NCBI GenBank assembly: GCA_028718745.1 | Contig: JAQULF010000004.1 | Location: 1-63,675 of the forward strand | DNA from: Patescibacteria group bacterium | GTDB taxonomy: Bacteria; Patescibacteriota; JACPGU01 | Direction of reading: 5' to 3' | DNA: 63,675 bases | Shown here: one piece after another, positions 17,811 to 26,132 of the stretch | Numbering within the stretch: position 1 is the stretch's first letter | Layout of the letters: every line of letters begins with the position of its first letter | The notes under the pieces: model-generated | What the model saw: the letters and a program-made list of their open reading frames with translations, nothing else | Database searches by the model: none | What the model was told of the DNA's origin: nothing | Made by a program: the position numbers and the translations under genes

Positions 17811-17913
17811 CTCCCTAATTATCCCAAATTAAACCCGAATATCCCGAATTTTCGGAAAAATATTTTGTACTATTAGGGAAAATTAGGGATAAATTAGGGA
17901 ACATTCGGGAAAA
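17811..17913. repeat. Intergenic word palindrome (CCCTAATT / CCCGAAT words)
   Basis: ctccctaattatcccaaattaaacccgaatatcccgaatt ... attagggaaaattagggataaattagggaacattcggga. Confidence 0.75.
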
Positions 17914-17932
17914 ATACTATAAAAATAACTAT

Positions 17933-17962
17933 GTGGGAGGTTGCGAAAACCGTTAAGACCAC
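17933..17962 (+). promoter_or_regulatory. Hairpin with GNRA-type loop upstream of rplA (possible L1 autoregulatory site)
   Basis: GTGG-GA-GGTT-GCGAA-AACC-GTTAAGA-CCAC, 14 nt before the rplA ATG. Confidence 0.25.
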
Positions 17963-17975
17963 AAGGAAACATTTT

Positions 17976-18671
17976 ATGTCAAAGAAGCATGGTAAAAAGT
18001 ACCGCGAAGCAATCAAGGAATTAGATCTTAAAAAAACTTATACGCCCGAAGAGGCGATAGGGGTTCTAAAAAAAATTCAAGTTACCAAATTTGACCCCAG
18101 CGTTGAAATTCATCTCAAATTAGGAATTGACCTAGCCAAACCGGAGCAAAATGTTCGCTCCACTGTTGTTTTACCCAAAGGAACAGGCAAAGTCTTAAAG
18201 ATTTTAGCTTTTGTCAGCGATAAAGATGAAAAAGCAGCGAAAGAAGCGGGCGCTGATTTTGTCGGACTGGATAATATGGTAGAAAAAGTTCTGAAAGGCT
18301 GGCTGGGTTTTGATATTGCCATTGCCACTACCGAAGTAATGCCCAAAATTGCCAAAGTAGCCAAAGTTTTGGGAAGCAGGGGATTGATGCCAAATCCAAA
18401 AGTCGGCACCGTAACCAACGACATTGCCAAAACCATCGCAGAATTCAAAAAAGGGAAAATAGAATTTCGCTCTGATTCACTCGGTGGAATTCATGTTGCG
18501 ATCGGAAAACTATCTTTTTCCCAAGAAGATTTACTGGAAAATTTCTTAAAATTTTATAAAGCGCTAACAGCTATTAAACCATCTACTCTTAAAGGCATCT
18601 ACATCAAATCCGCCCACATGAGTTCTACAATGGGACCGGGAGTGAAACTGGACTTATCTAAAGTTAAGTAG
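17976..18671 (+). CDS. rplA: Ribosomal protein L1
   Basis: Starts MSKKHGKKYREA (typical L1 N-terminus); the ORF-track start at 17931 is upstream. Confidence 0.93.
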   Translation: MSKKHGKKYREAIKELDLKKTYTPEEAIGVLKKIQVTKFDPSVEIHLKLGIDLAKPEQNVRSTVVLPKGTGKVLKILAFVSDKDEKAAKEAGADFVGLDNMVEKVLKGWLGFDIAIATTEVMPKIAKVAKVLGSRGLMPNPKVGTVTNDIAKTIAEFKKGKIEFRSDSLGGIHVAIGKLSFSQEDLLENFLKFYKALTAIKPSTLKGIYIKSAHMSSTMGPGVKLDLSKVK

Positions 18672-18679
18672 TTTTCTAA

Positions 18680-18800
18680 TTTTAAAATTAAAAATAAAAT
18701 ATCAAAAATAAAAAACACAAAGTAAAAACTTAAAAATATCTTTGTTTTTATATATCTAAGTATTTATTTTTTATCTTTTATTTTTCATTTTTTATATTGT
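18680..18800. repeat. A-run/T-run intergenic palindrome
   Basis: aaaattaaaaataaaatatcaaaaataaaaaacacaaag ... ctttgtttttatatatctaagtatttattttttatcttttattttt. Confidence 0.6.
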
Positions 18801-18837
18801 TTTAGATTGCATCTTACCAAAAGGAGCGTGATGAACC

Positions 18838-20463
18838 GTGAGAAAAATCATCTTAGCGACGGTTTTGTTTTTGTTTGTCTTTACATCTGTCTCTCTGGCG
18901 ATCGAGGGGATTCCCATCGCCGTCCACGCGCATGTAAATTTCGCGGATGACGGCTGGAACTCGCCGCGAAAAACAATTCAGTATTTGAGATTGCACTACA
19001 AAGGAACGATTTTTACTCCGCACAATGACCTTGTCATGGAGAAGGGAAGTGTTGCTGATTGTCAAAAAGTTCTCGAATCTCTGGGCGATGATAAATTCAT
19101 CGTCATCGGCGGAATGGAGATTGCTGTGGCGAAATTAAATCCCGAAACAGGGAAGCCGTTTTCAACGCTCTGCCACATCGGCAATTTTGGAATTACTTCG
19201 CCCAATCCCTACACTTACGACCCCAAGAAGGATTGGAATCAAGGCTGGTCAGTGGCCGGAACTCTGCGGTATGAGGGATCAATCAGTGTCATAAATCACA
19301 TCAAAGACTGCCGAGACTGGGAACAGTTTGTAACATATTTCGATGGGTTTGAGCTCTTCAATGATTTCTCCATCAAAGGAGAATACCATCGAAACTATGT
19401 TTATCAAAGAGATGTTTACCTCAATTCTCTCAAAAGCGGAGTGAGGCTCTTCGTAACAGCCGGAATCGACCTGCATTTGCTGGCGCAAGCCTTCGTCGGT
19501 CAAGTAACTACCTTTGTGTTCGCGGATTGCTTTTCCAGAGATTGCATCCTTGATGCGATTCGGCGCGGCAGAACTGTTGCGGCCAGCAACATTGAAAAGC
19601 TGTCTCTCAACATTTCTCCGTCAATTGAAACCAATCGGCTGACAAGCGAGAAATTCAAAATAGATGGATTCGTCAAAACCGTGCAAGGACACGCGCCGCC
19701 AAAAGAAGTGATTATTTACAAAGACGGCGTGAAATACGGGTCCGTGCCACTGAAAAGCAAGGAAGCGTTGCGCGGGTTTTTTCGAGATTTCTCTTTCTCT
19801 TTCGAGGATGTCGCTGAAGATTCGGCGGCTTGCTACACATTCGAAATTGAAGAGTTCATGGTTTCGTCTCCTTTTTGCTTTATGAAGGAGATTGAGGGCA
19901 TAAAATCTTTTCCGAAAAAAACTTTTCCGGTTGTCGGAGTGAAGGAAAATGCATACGGCTATCTGGTTAATAAAGGCGGCGTCAGCAAACCATTGCCCGA
20001 CTCGTTCGAATACTGCTTTGAGAATTTCCTCACAAACTCCGACGGGTTCGTCATCGGCTGCCGGGACCCGATCTTGGTAACCGATACATACCAAGGAAAA
20101 GAAGCCGGAACGATTTATCTGCCCCCGGAATGGGGAAATAAAAAAGAAAAGCAGAATCTCTTGGCAAAGCTCTACCGAAGCATCGCCTTTGCCAATGCGG
20201 AAGGGGAGTACCGGTGCGTGAAAAATAGCATCCCGCAACCATCTTTCTGCACAATCATTTCCAGCCAAGAGATTGGCTTCGGAGATAGGTTCGCGCTCTG
20301 CGATCCGAATCAACCGCTGAAAACGGATGCGACAGGCGCAGTTGTTAATTGCACAACCGTCTGCGAGGGCACAGCCGATTTGCCGTATGCAAACGGCCAC
20401 CCAAGCTTTGTGCCCGGCTCCGCGTGCCCAAAGTTCCCATCAACCTGGCTTCTGCGCAATTAA
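18838..20463 (+). CDS. Secreted protein, N-terminal PHP/CehA-like metal-dependent phosphoesterase fold (tentative), Cys-rich C-terminal half; GC-rich islet
   Basis: GTG start after AAGGAG; signal peptide ILATVLFLFVFTSVSLA; HAH, TPHND, GGMEI, CHIG, IDLH, ILDAIRRGRTVAS. Confidence 0.5.
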   Translation: MRKIILATVLFLFVFTSVSLAIEGIPIAVHAHVNFADDGWNSPRKTIQYLRLHYKGTIFTPHNDLVMEKGSVADCQKVLESLGDDKFIVIGGMEIAVAKLNPETGKPFSTLCHIGNFGITSPNPYTYDPKKDWNQGWSVAGTLRYEGSISVINHIKDCRDWEQFVTYFDGFELFNDFSIKGEYHRNYVYQRDVYLNSLKSGVRLFVTAGIDLHLLAQAFVGQVTTFVFADCFSRDCILDAIRRGRTVAASNIEKLSLNISPSIETNRLTSEKFKIDGFVKTVQGHAPPKEVIIYKDGVKYGSVPLKSKEALRGFFRDFSFSFEDVAEDSAACYTFEIEEFMVSSPFCFMKEIEGIKSFPKKTFPVVGVKENAYGYLVNKGGVSKPLPDSFEYCFENFLTNSDGFVIGCRDPILVTDTYQGKEAGTIYLPPEWGNKKEKQNLLAKLYRSIAFANAEGEYRCVKNSIPQPSFCTIISSQEIGFGDRFALCDPNQPLKTDATGAVVNCTTVCEGTADLPYANGHPSFVPGSACPKFPSTWLLRN

Positions 20464-20489
20464 GAAGCCTTGGAGAAGATTAACGAACG

Positions 20490-20520
20490 CCGCTCCACGC
20501 AATAGGAGCGGTGTTTTTTT
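20490..20520 (+). terminator. Rho-independent terminator
   Basis: CCGCTCC-acgcaata-GGAGCGG followed by TGTTTTTTT. Confidence 0.75.
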
Positions 20521-20529
20521 AAGCGAAGC

Positions 20530-20559
20530 TTGACAAAAAAAGGCTTAACATGCTAGAAT
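20530..20559 (+). promoter_or_regulatory. Sigma-70-type promoter
   Basis: TTGACA, 18-nt spacer, TAGAAT. Confidence 0.6.
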
Positions 20560-20627
20560 AATAGGGTCTAACAGACGCCTCTCTTCGGAGAGCGCAACTT
20601 AAAAAAATCCAACCCGGAGGTGGTTGC

Positions 20628-21167
20628 ATGAGATATAGCTGTTTTTGTGTGAAAGAAGGATCGGTTCCAGATTCAACCGCAACAAGAATTTCCCTGAAAA
20701 AAATTCAGCGAGAAATAGTCGAGCGCTACTCCGCTGACAAAATAAAAAAAGAATCGCAATCTTTCTCATCATCCTGGTGGTACATGTCTATCAAAGAGAT
20801 TTGTCACCGCCTTGATCTTAATAAAAATGATTTAATCATGACAATTGACGGAAAGAAAGATGGCATTGGTCATTACCGAATCCTCGGCATCCATGTAAAC
20901 TCCATCAATGACGAACTCCTAATGATCTTTGAGATGGAGTTCGAGATGGGTGAGACAAAGATCAAAAACACCACAGAAAAAGGCGCATTCTATGCCGCCA
21001 CTTATTTCATCAGAACGGGGAAATTGTTGAGTTTTCTGGGAAGGGTTCTGGGAATAGACGGGAGGTTCTCAAAAATGACCTTTCCGATTTACTGCCCGAC
21101 AAAACTCGACTTTCTGGTTCCCACCAAAACTGCACTACCAACCATTCACATCGGAAGGGGGCTCTAG
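20628..21167 (+). CDS. Hypothetical protein (GC-rich islet)
   Basis: 179 aa; GGAGG 7 nt upstream of the ATG. Confidence 0.5.
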   Translation: MRYSCFCVKEGSVPDSTATRISLKKIQREIVERYSADKIKKESQSFSSSWWYMSIKEICHRLDLNKNDLIMTIDGKKDGIGHYRILGIHVNSINDELLMIFEMEFEMGETKIKNTTEKGAFYAATYFIRTGKLLSFLGRVLGIDGRFSKMTFPIYCPTKLDFLVPTKTALPTIHIGRGL

Positions 21168-21170
21168 CCC

Positions 21171-21410
21171 ATGAAGCCCATGTGGTTCGTCAGATATTAC
21201 GATGACACGATGGTAGAGGAATCGCTCAAGGAAAAGATGGGCGAGAAGGTGAATGACTGCCGCGAAGAAGCGCTTGCGGTCGAGATGGCGCGAACCTTCA
21301 TCGAAGAGCACAATCTGAAGCTTACCGACGAGGAAAAAAGGAACGGCATGGAAGTTCGTCGGTACTTCGTCATTTTCAAATTAAGCTTTACGCTTCAAAA
21401 TCGGACATGA
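21171..21410 (+). CDS. Hypothetical protein (GC-rich islet)
   Basis: 79 aa; starts 3 nt after the previous stop; followed by a strong terminator. Confidence 0.45.
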   Translation: MKPMWFVRYYDDTMVEESLKEKMGEKVNDCREEALAVEMARTFIEEHNLKLTDEEKRNGMEVRRYFVIFKLSFTLQNRT

Positions 21411-21426
21411 ACCCGATATTATCCAT

Positions 21427-21464
21427 CAGCCGCCGCGGCTCACCGCGGCGGCTGAACTGTTTTT
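21427..21464 (+). terminator. Strong GC-rich terminator
   Basis: CAGCCGCCGCGG-CTCA-CCGCGGCGGCTG (12-bp stem) then AACTGTTTTT. Confidence 0.8.
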
Positions 21465-21479
21465 AAGAGCTTTTTAGAA

Positions 21480-22028
21480 CTATAAAATCTTCTTAATTAC
21501 TTCGTCTATTTGAGAAAATAATTCCGGTTTTTCGCCTTCATTTATAACTGTGAAGTCCGACATGGCAATCGGCCCGGCTTGGTGGATGTTTTCAATCTGT
21601 GCATAGTCGCGGCTTTGCGCCTCTTCTTCGGTCAAGGGCCTCACAGCGCGATTAGACAGTCTAGCATAGCGCGTTTTTGGTGATGAATAAATCGCGATGG
21701 TTATAAAATCCTTACCAAACTTCTCTTTAAAACGAAGAAATTCCTCCCACGAATAGAGACTTTCGACTAGAATAAAATCTGAATTGATCTTGTCAATTTT
21801 TTTGATAACTTGATTAGCGTAATGCAAATTGCCGTGTTGCGCCCGCAGGTCTTCTCGACAAACTCTTTCGTTTTTCTCGCTAACTTCCAAACCGCGTTTT
21901 TTTAATTCATCAAAAGTAACCTCGCCAAAATATACTTTTGGCCAAGAATGTTTTTCCATCAGATATTCGATGACTTCGGTCTTTCCCGACCCAGCAAGCC
22001 CGGGGAAGGCGATTATTTTCTTACTCAT
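21480..22028 (-). CDS. P-loop nucleotide kinase (dNMP-kinase / dephospho-CoA-kinase-like)
   Basis: IAFPGLAGSGKTE Walker A; tightly coupled downstream of the dCMP deaminase gene. Confidence 0.6.
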   Translation of the reverse strand: MSKKIIAFPGLAGSGKTEVIEYLMEKHSWPKVYFGEVTFDELKKRGLEVSEKNERVCREDLRAQHGNLHYANQVIKKIDKINSDFILVESLYSWEEFLRFKEKFGKDFITIAIYSSPKTRYARLSNRAVRPLTEEEAQSRDYAQIENIHQAGPIAMSDFTVINEGEKPELFSQIDEVIKKIL

Positions 22029-22034
22029 AATTGT

Positions 22035-22511
22035 TTATTTCATATCTTCATATTTTTGCAATTCGCTATTTAATAAAACAAACTCGACCCCGGCTTCTTT
22101 GAAAATTTCTTTGCTTCGACCGCCGCCGTGATAATCGAGATTCGCCACCACTCTTTTTATCCCGGCATTAATTAACATCTTGGCGCAAGTATAGCAGGGC
22201 GTCATGTGAACATAGATGGTTGCGCCATCAGTAGAAACACCCGACCTGGCCGCGTTTGCCAAAGCATTTTGTTCCGCATGCGATGTGCGAATGCAATGAC
22301 GAGATTGCGTGCCATCTTCCTGAACAACCGTATGCATTTCATGGCCGGCATCATCACAATGAGCAGTGCCGGCCGGGGATCCGACATATCCGGTAGATAA
22401 AATTCTTTTATCCTTTGCAATAATACATCCGGATCTCCCTCGATCGCAAGTAGCTCTACCTCCAACCACTTCCATGATTGTGACAAAATACTCATCCCAG
22501 GTATATCTCAT
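22035..22511 (-). CDS. Deoxycytidylate (dCMP) deaminase
   Basis: HAEQNAL and PCYTCAKMLINAGI zinc motifs; start set at MRYTWDEYF (AAGGAG 5 nt upstream) instead of the ORF-track start at 22538. Confidence 0.88.
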   Translation of the reverse strand: MRYTWDEYFVTIMEVVGGRATCDRGRSGCIIAKDKRILSTGYVGSPAGTAHCDDAGHEMHTVVQEDGTQSRHCIRTSHAEQNALANAARSGVSTDGATIYVHMTPCYTCAKMLINAGIKRVVANLDYHGGGRSKEIFKEAGVEFVLLNSELQKYEDMK

Positions 22512-22699
22512 ATAATCTCCTTGTTTGGTTTTTTTCATAGATTGGTTTTATTGCTCTTGATTGAATTTTATCAATTTCAAGCCTTTTTGCAATCTTGCAT
22601 ATTGGAAGAAAGATGGTGAAATATGTAGCTCTCTTTTCCTCTTGCATAAATACTATTAAAACTGTAAATTGTTTTTATAATAACAAGCAATAAGAATTT

Positions 22700-23050
22700 A
22701 TGAGTTTTTTTATTCAGGATAAAACATCGTTGATGGTCGGAATTGTTACTTTGACTTTAATTTTATTGCAGTTAGCTTTTGGCTTTCTGATGAAAAAGCG
22801 CAAAGAAGATTTTAAAAAATATCACCAGACACTGGGAGTTTTTATTTTTATTGTTATCTTAATAAATATCCTCGTTTTCCCCGTCAATTTCATAATCAGT
22901 ATTTTGGTTCTTCTGGCGGTTTTGGCGCAAATTATCATCGGCTATTTTGTCGCGAAAGGGAACCGAAAACTTCTCAAATATCATCGTCCTTTGGGAGTAT
23001 TCATCTTCATCTTAGCCATCGCCAATCTAATCCTAATTTTCCCGAGATAA
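22700..23050 (+). CDS. Small integral membrane protein with internal duplication
   Basis: KKYHQTLGVFIFIVILINILVFP and LKYHRPLGVFIFILAIANLILIFP repeats; 4 predicted TM segments. Confidence 0.5.
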   Translation: MSFFIQDKTSLMVGIVTLTLILLQLAFGFLMKKRKEDFKKYHQTLGVFIFIVILINILVFPVNFIISILVLLAVLAQIIIGYFVAKGNRKLLKYHRPLGVFIFILAIANLILIFPR

Positions 23051-23056
23051 AAATCC

Positions 23057-23085
23057 TTGACGCATTTTATTTTTTAATATAAAAT
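23057..23085 (+). promoter_or_regulatory. Sigma-70-type promoter for rplJL
   Basis: TTGACG, 17-nt spacer, TAAAAT. Confidence 0.55.
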
Positions 23086-23092
23086 AGTTACA

Positions 23093-23170
23093 GTTTCCAA
23101 AGACCATTGGTAGCGTAAGCGTAAAACCAGTGCAGGAGATAAAACGAAAGTTTTATTTTGGTCTGGAAAC
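23093..23170 (+). promoter_or_regulatory. Structured rplJ 5' leader (L10-leader-like)
   Basis: GTTTCC-AA-AGACC ... GGTCT-GGAAAC closing stem encloses CATTGGT/ACCAGTG and ATAAAAC-GAAA-GTTTTAT hairpins. Confidence 0.45.
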
Positions 23171-23196
23171 AGATCATTTTTTATTAAAAAAACGAC

Positions 23197-23709
23197 ATGC
23201 CTAAAAGCAAACTTCAAAAACAAGATACTTTAGAAAAAATTAAGCAAAAGGTTGCGAACGCCAAAGCGATTGTTTTTGCCGATTATAAAGGAATGAAAAT
23301 GATCGACTTGCAGGCTTTGCGAAAGGGGATTAAGGCAAAAGGCGGAAGCTTTGAAATTGCAAAAATCACTTTGGTAACCCGCGCTTTTGATAACCCAAAG
23401 GTAAAAGAAATTGCCAACAAAGCTTCTCTGGCTATTGGTTATTCAAATGAAGACGAGGTTGGCGTGCCAAAAGAAATCAAAACCTTCGGCAAGAAAAATC
23501 CAAACATCAAGATATTGGGCGGATTTTACGAAGGAAATTTTATCAGCGCCGAGGAGATGGAAAGGCTTGCCGACATTCCTTCAAAAGAAGAATTGATTGT
23601 GAAATTGCTGGGAACGCTAAATGCGCCACTTTCTAAGATGATGAATATATTGGGCGGACAAGCGCCGAAATTAGTTAGAACATTACAGGCGATAGTGGAG
23701 AAGGGATAG
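23197..23709 (+). CDS. rplJ: Ribosomal protein L10
   Basis: 170 aa; position upstream of rplL; AKAIVFADYKGMKM, LRK...GG.F.I.K.TL. Confidence 0.93.
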   Translation: MPKSKLQKQDTLEKIKQKVANAKAIVFADYKGMKMIDLQALRKGIKAKGGSFEIAKITLVTRAFDNPKVKEIANKASLAIGYSNEDEVGVPKEIKTFGKKNPNIKILGGFYEGNFISAEEMERLADIPSKEELIVKLLGTLNAPLSKMMNILGGQAPKLVRTLQAIVEKG

Positions 23710-23710
23710 A

Positions 23711-23792
23711 GGGTAGTAGGTAGCATGTATTATGTAGTAGGGGAAATACAGAAATAAAAATTCCATGCTACCTGCTACTAACTACATGCTAC
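23711..23792. repeat. GTAG-word palindrome between rplJ and rplL
   Basis: gggtagtaggtagcatgtattatgtagtagggg ... catgctacctgctactaactacatgctac. Confidence 0.75.
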
Positions 23793-23854
23793 AAAAACAT
23801 TTTAAAAACTATAAATAATAAATCTAAAATAATCATTTAGAAAAGGAGAAAACA

Positions 23855-24259
23855 ATGTCAGACGAAAAAAAGGAAGTTAGCAAAGAAGTTGAGAAATTGG
23901 TTGAAGAAATCAAAAAGCTAAAATTGACCGAAGTTGCGGAACTGGTTTCTGCGCTTGAGGAAGAATTTGGCGTATCCGCTGCTATGCCTATGATGGCTGC
24001 GGGAGCTGCACCAGCTGCAGGAGCAGGGGAGCCAGTCGAAGAAAAAACATCTTTCAATGTTGAATTAACCGCTTCCGGAGACAACAAGATTGGTGTTATT
24101 AAAGCTGTCAGAGAAGTAGTGCCGGAATTGGGATTAAAAGAAGCAAAAGACCTGGTTGATGGCGCCCCAAAGATGGTTAAAGAAAATGTAAAGAAAGAAG
24201 AAGCCGAAAATATGAAGAAGAAATTAGAGGAAGCAGGAGCAAAGGTTAGTTTGAAATAA
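23855..24259 (+). CDS. rplL: Ribosomal protein L7/L12
   Basis: Ala/Pro hinge [11 protein letters not shown]; C-terminal domain [25 protein letters not shown]; AAGGAG RBS. Confidence 0.97.
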   Translation: MSDEKKEVSKEVEKLVEEIKKLKLTEVAELVSALEEEFGVSAAMPMMAAGAAPAAGAGEPVEEKTSFNVELTASGDNKIGVIKAVREVVPELGLKEAKDLVDGAPKMVKENVKKEEAENMKKKLEEAGAKVSLK

Positions 24260-24376
24260 TAACCATTATTACAGGTTTCTCTGAATTATTCATGAATTTT
24301 TATTCGTAATTATTTGTGAAAAATTTGTAGCGATTTGTAAATTAGTTATCGCACCTTGTTTCATTAAACAAAAAAT

Positions 24377-24400
24377 TCCGGGCAACCGGGTTTTTTGTTT
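24377..24400 (+). terminator. Weak hairpin plus T-tract after rplL
   Basis: TCCGG-GCAA-CCGGG followed by TTTTTTG. Confidence 0.45.
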
Positions 24401-24437
24401 ATTTCAAATTTTAAATTTAAGTTTTAAAATTTAAAAT

Positions 24438-25637
24438 ATGTCATTCAAAATACTAAAGCGCGACAAACAATCTAGTGCCCGCACCGGTATTCTAAAAACC
24501 ATACATGGCGACATCCGCACTCCCGTCTTTATGCCTGTGGGAACCCTTGGTACCGTAAAAACAACCACGCCCAACGAACTGAAAGAATTAGGCGCTGATA
24601 TTATATTGGGAAATACTTATCATCTCTATTTACGACCGGGGGATAAGGAAATCAAAAAACTGGGCGGATTGCATAATTTTATTAACTGGGATCGACCGAT
24701 ACTTACAGACTCGGGAGGCTATCAAGTGTTCTCATTGGCAAAAAATATTCGTCCTATTATATGTTCTACCGGTCATATTCGTCCTAAAAATTTAGTCAAA
24801 ATCACCCCCGATGGTGTTCACTTTCAATCCCATTTGGATGGGTCGCGACATTTCTTCACTCCCGAAAAAGTTGTCGATATTCAGCGCAATCTTGGTAGCG
24901 ATATCATGATGGTTTTGGATGAATGCACGTCATATCCTTGTTCAAAGAAATACGCAATAGAGGCCATGAATAGAACACACAATTGGGCGGAAAAAGCGAT
25001 AGAGCATTTTCATAAAACCGTAGGGGCACGGCGTGCCGTGCCCAAAAAGAGCCTGTTATTCGGTATAGTCCAGGGTTCCACCTTCAAAGATCTTCGCCAA
25101 AAATCTGCAAAATTTATTTCTTCACTCCCATTCGACGGCATCGCCATTGGTGGCGTTTCGGTAGGGGAGGGGAAAAAAGAAATGTACAAAGTCCTCGATT
25201 GGACAATCCCGCATATTCGTCCTACCGGTCCTATCCGTCCTATATATCTCATGGGTGTCGGCACCCCCGAAGATCTTCTCGAAGCTGTTGAGCGCGGCGT
25301 CGATATGTTTGATTGCGTCCTACCAACCAGACTCGCTCGCCACGGAACAGTTTGGTACTACGAAAAAACTGGAGGAAAATTAAATCTTTTAAATTCGTCC
25401 AATAAGTCCTATTCCGGTCCTATTATGAAAGATTGCCAATGTTACGCCTGCAAAAATGGTTTCTCCCGCGCTTACATTCATCATTTATTAAAAGAAAACG
25501 AAGTGCTTGGCATACGACTAACTACTTTGCACAATTTACACTTTTTACTTGATTTAATGCGACAAATAAGGGATAATATAGATAAAGGGACTTTTTTGAA
25601 ATTCAAAAAAGAGTTCCTTAAAAACTGGAAAATCTAG
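24438..25637 (+). CDS. tgt: Queuine tRNA-ribosyltransferase
   Basis: TPVFMPVGT, LTDSGGYQVFSL, YLMGVGTPEDL, zinc site CQCYAC...HHL. Confidence 0.95.
   Translation: MSFKILKRDKQSSARTGILKTIHGDIRTPVFMPVGTLGTVKTTTPNELKELGADIILGNTYHLYLRPGDKEIKKLGGLHNFINWDRPILTDSGGYQVFSLAKNIRPIICSTGHIRPKNLVKITPDGVHFQSHLDGSRHFFTPEKVVDIQRNLGSDIMMVLDECTSYPCSKKYAIEAMNRTHNWAEKAIEHFHKTVGARRAVPKKSLLFGIVQGSTFKDLRQKSAKFISSLPFDGIAIGGVSVGEGKKEMYKVLDWTIPHIRPTGPIRPIYLMGVGTPEDLLEAVERGVDMFDCVLPTRLARHGTVWYYEKTGGKLNLLNSSNKSYSGPIMKDCQCYACKNGFSRAYIHHLLKENEVLGIRLTTLHNLHFLLDLMRQIRDNIDKGTFLKFKKEFLKNWKI
24743..24790 (+). repeat. In-frame ATATTCGTCCTA word pair inside tgt
   Basis: aATATTCGTCCTAttatatgttctaccggtcATATTCGTCCTAaaaat encodes NIRPIICSTGHIRPKN, between the conserved FSL and GVHF blocks. 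Confidence 0.65.
25020..25043 (+). repeat. 24-nt REP-like GTAG + GC palindrome in frame inside tgt
   Basis: GTAG-GGGCACGGC-GT-GCCGTGCCC, codon-aligned, translated VGARRAVP. Confidence 0.8.
25212..25247 (+). repeat. In-frame (C/G)GTCCTA word run inside tgt
   Basis: catATTCGTCCTAccGGTCCTAtcCGTCCTAtatat encodes HIRPTGPIRPIY just before YLMGVG. Confidence 0.55.
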
Positions 25638-25652
25638 TCCCGGGAGGACAAA

Positions 25653-25781
25653 ATGAAAATGGCACTCTTGGTGCTTTTTACAATTGTCGGAATTATATTA
25701 TATTTCCGGATCGTGCTGGGCTCTCAAGGCAGGAAACAGAAAGAAATCGAAGCGCAATCAACCAACCCGCGAAAGAGGTGA
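25653..25781 (+). CDS. Small (42 aa) single-pass membrane protein (not in ORF track)
   Basis: GGGAGG 5 nt upstream; MKMALLVLFTIVGIILYFRIVLG then a basic/polar tail. Confidence 0.4.
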   Translation: MKMALLVLFTIVGIILYFRIVLGSQGRKQKEIEAQSTNPRKR

Positions 25782-25784
25782 GAA

Positions 25785-26132
25785 ATGGGAACCTACATAA
25801 TAGGTAAGAATCTCCATGTTGAGGTCGGGATTCATGAAAAAAAGCGTTCCTTTTATCTCTTCCTTGTGCCCCACAATAAAGAGGGGCAGGAAAAGGTGAG
25901 ATACATCCTCACAGCCCCTTCCTTCAAGGAAGAAGTGGCAAGAGCCGGTCGGTGGATTAAGATAACCACCACCATCAACAGTTACTGCCGTATGAAAAGT
26001 AATAGAGTTAAAATTCGGGTCCAGCTCAAAAATGACAAGTTCCGCGAATCTATCCTCAAAGAACTGCTGAAAACCATCACGACATGGCTCGACTTCTGGG
26101 ATGAAAAAATCGAGCTGGAGGAAGCCTCATGA
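25785..26132 (+). CDS. Hypothetical protein (GC-rich islet)
   Basis: 115 aa; GAGGTG upstream; stop overlaps the next ATG (ATGA). Confidence 0.45.
   Translation: MGTYIIGKNLHVEVGIHEKKRSFYLFLVPHNKEGQEKVRYILTAPSFKEEVARAGRWIKITTTINSYCRMKSNRVKIRVQLKNDKFRESILKELLKTITTWLDFWDEKIELEEAS

Noticed and set aside
19621-20400. 259-aa antisense ORF. Also 44842-45747 (301 aa), 15082-15549 (155 aa) and the 8904-9586 ORFs.
   Set aside because: All lie opposite GC-rich genes, where stop codons are rare in every frame. Translations are Arg/Cys/Ala-rich and lack an RBS. The sense-strand ORFs have signal peptides, SDs and terminators.
25392-25425. Third GTCCTA-word cluster in tgt as an insertion
   Set aside because: The encoded segment (SSNKSYSGPIM before CQCYAC) has about the same length as the equivalent region I recall in E. 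coli Tgt. It is probably native sequence with chance word similarity.
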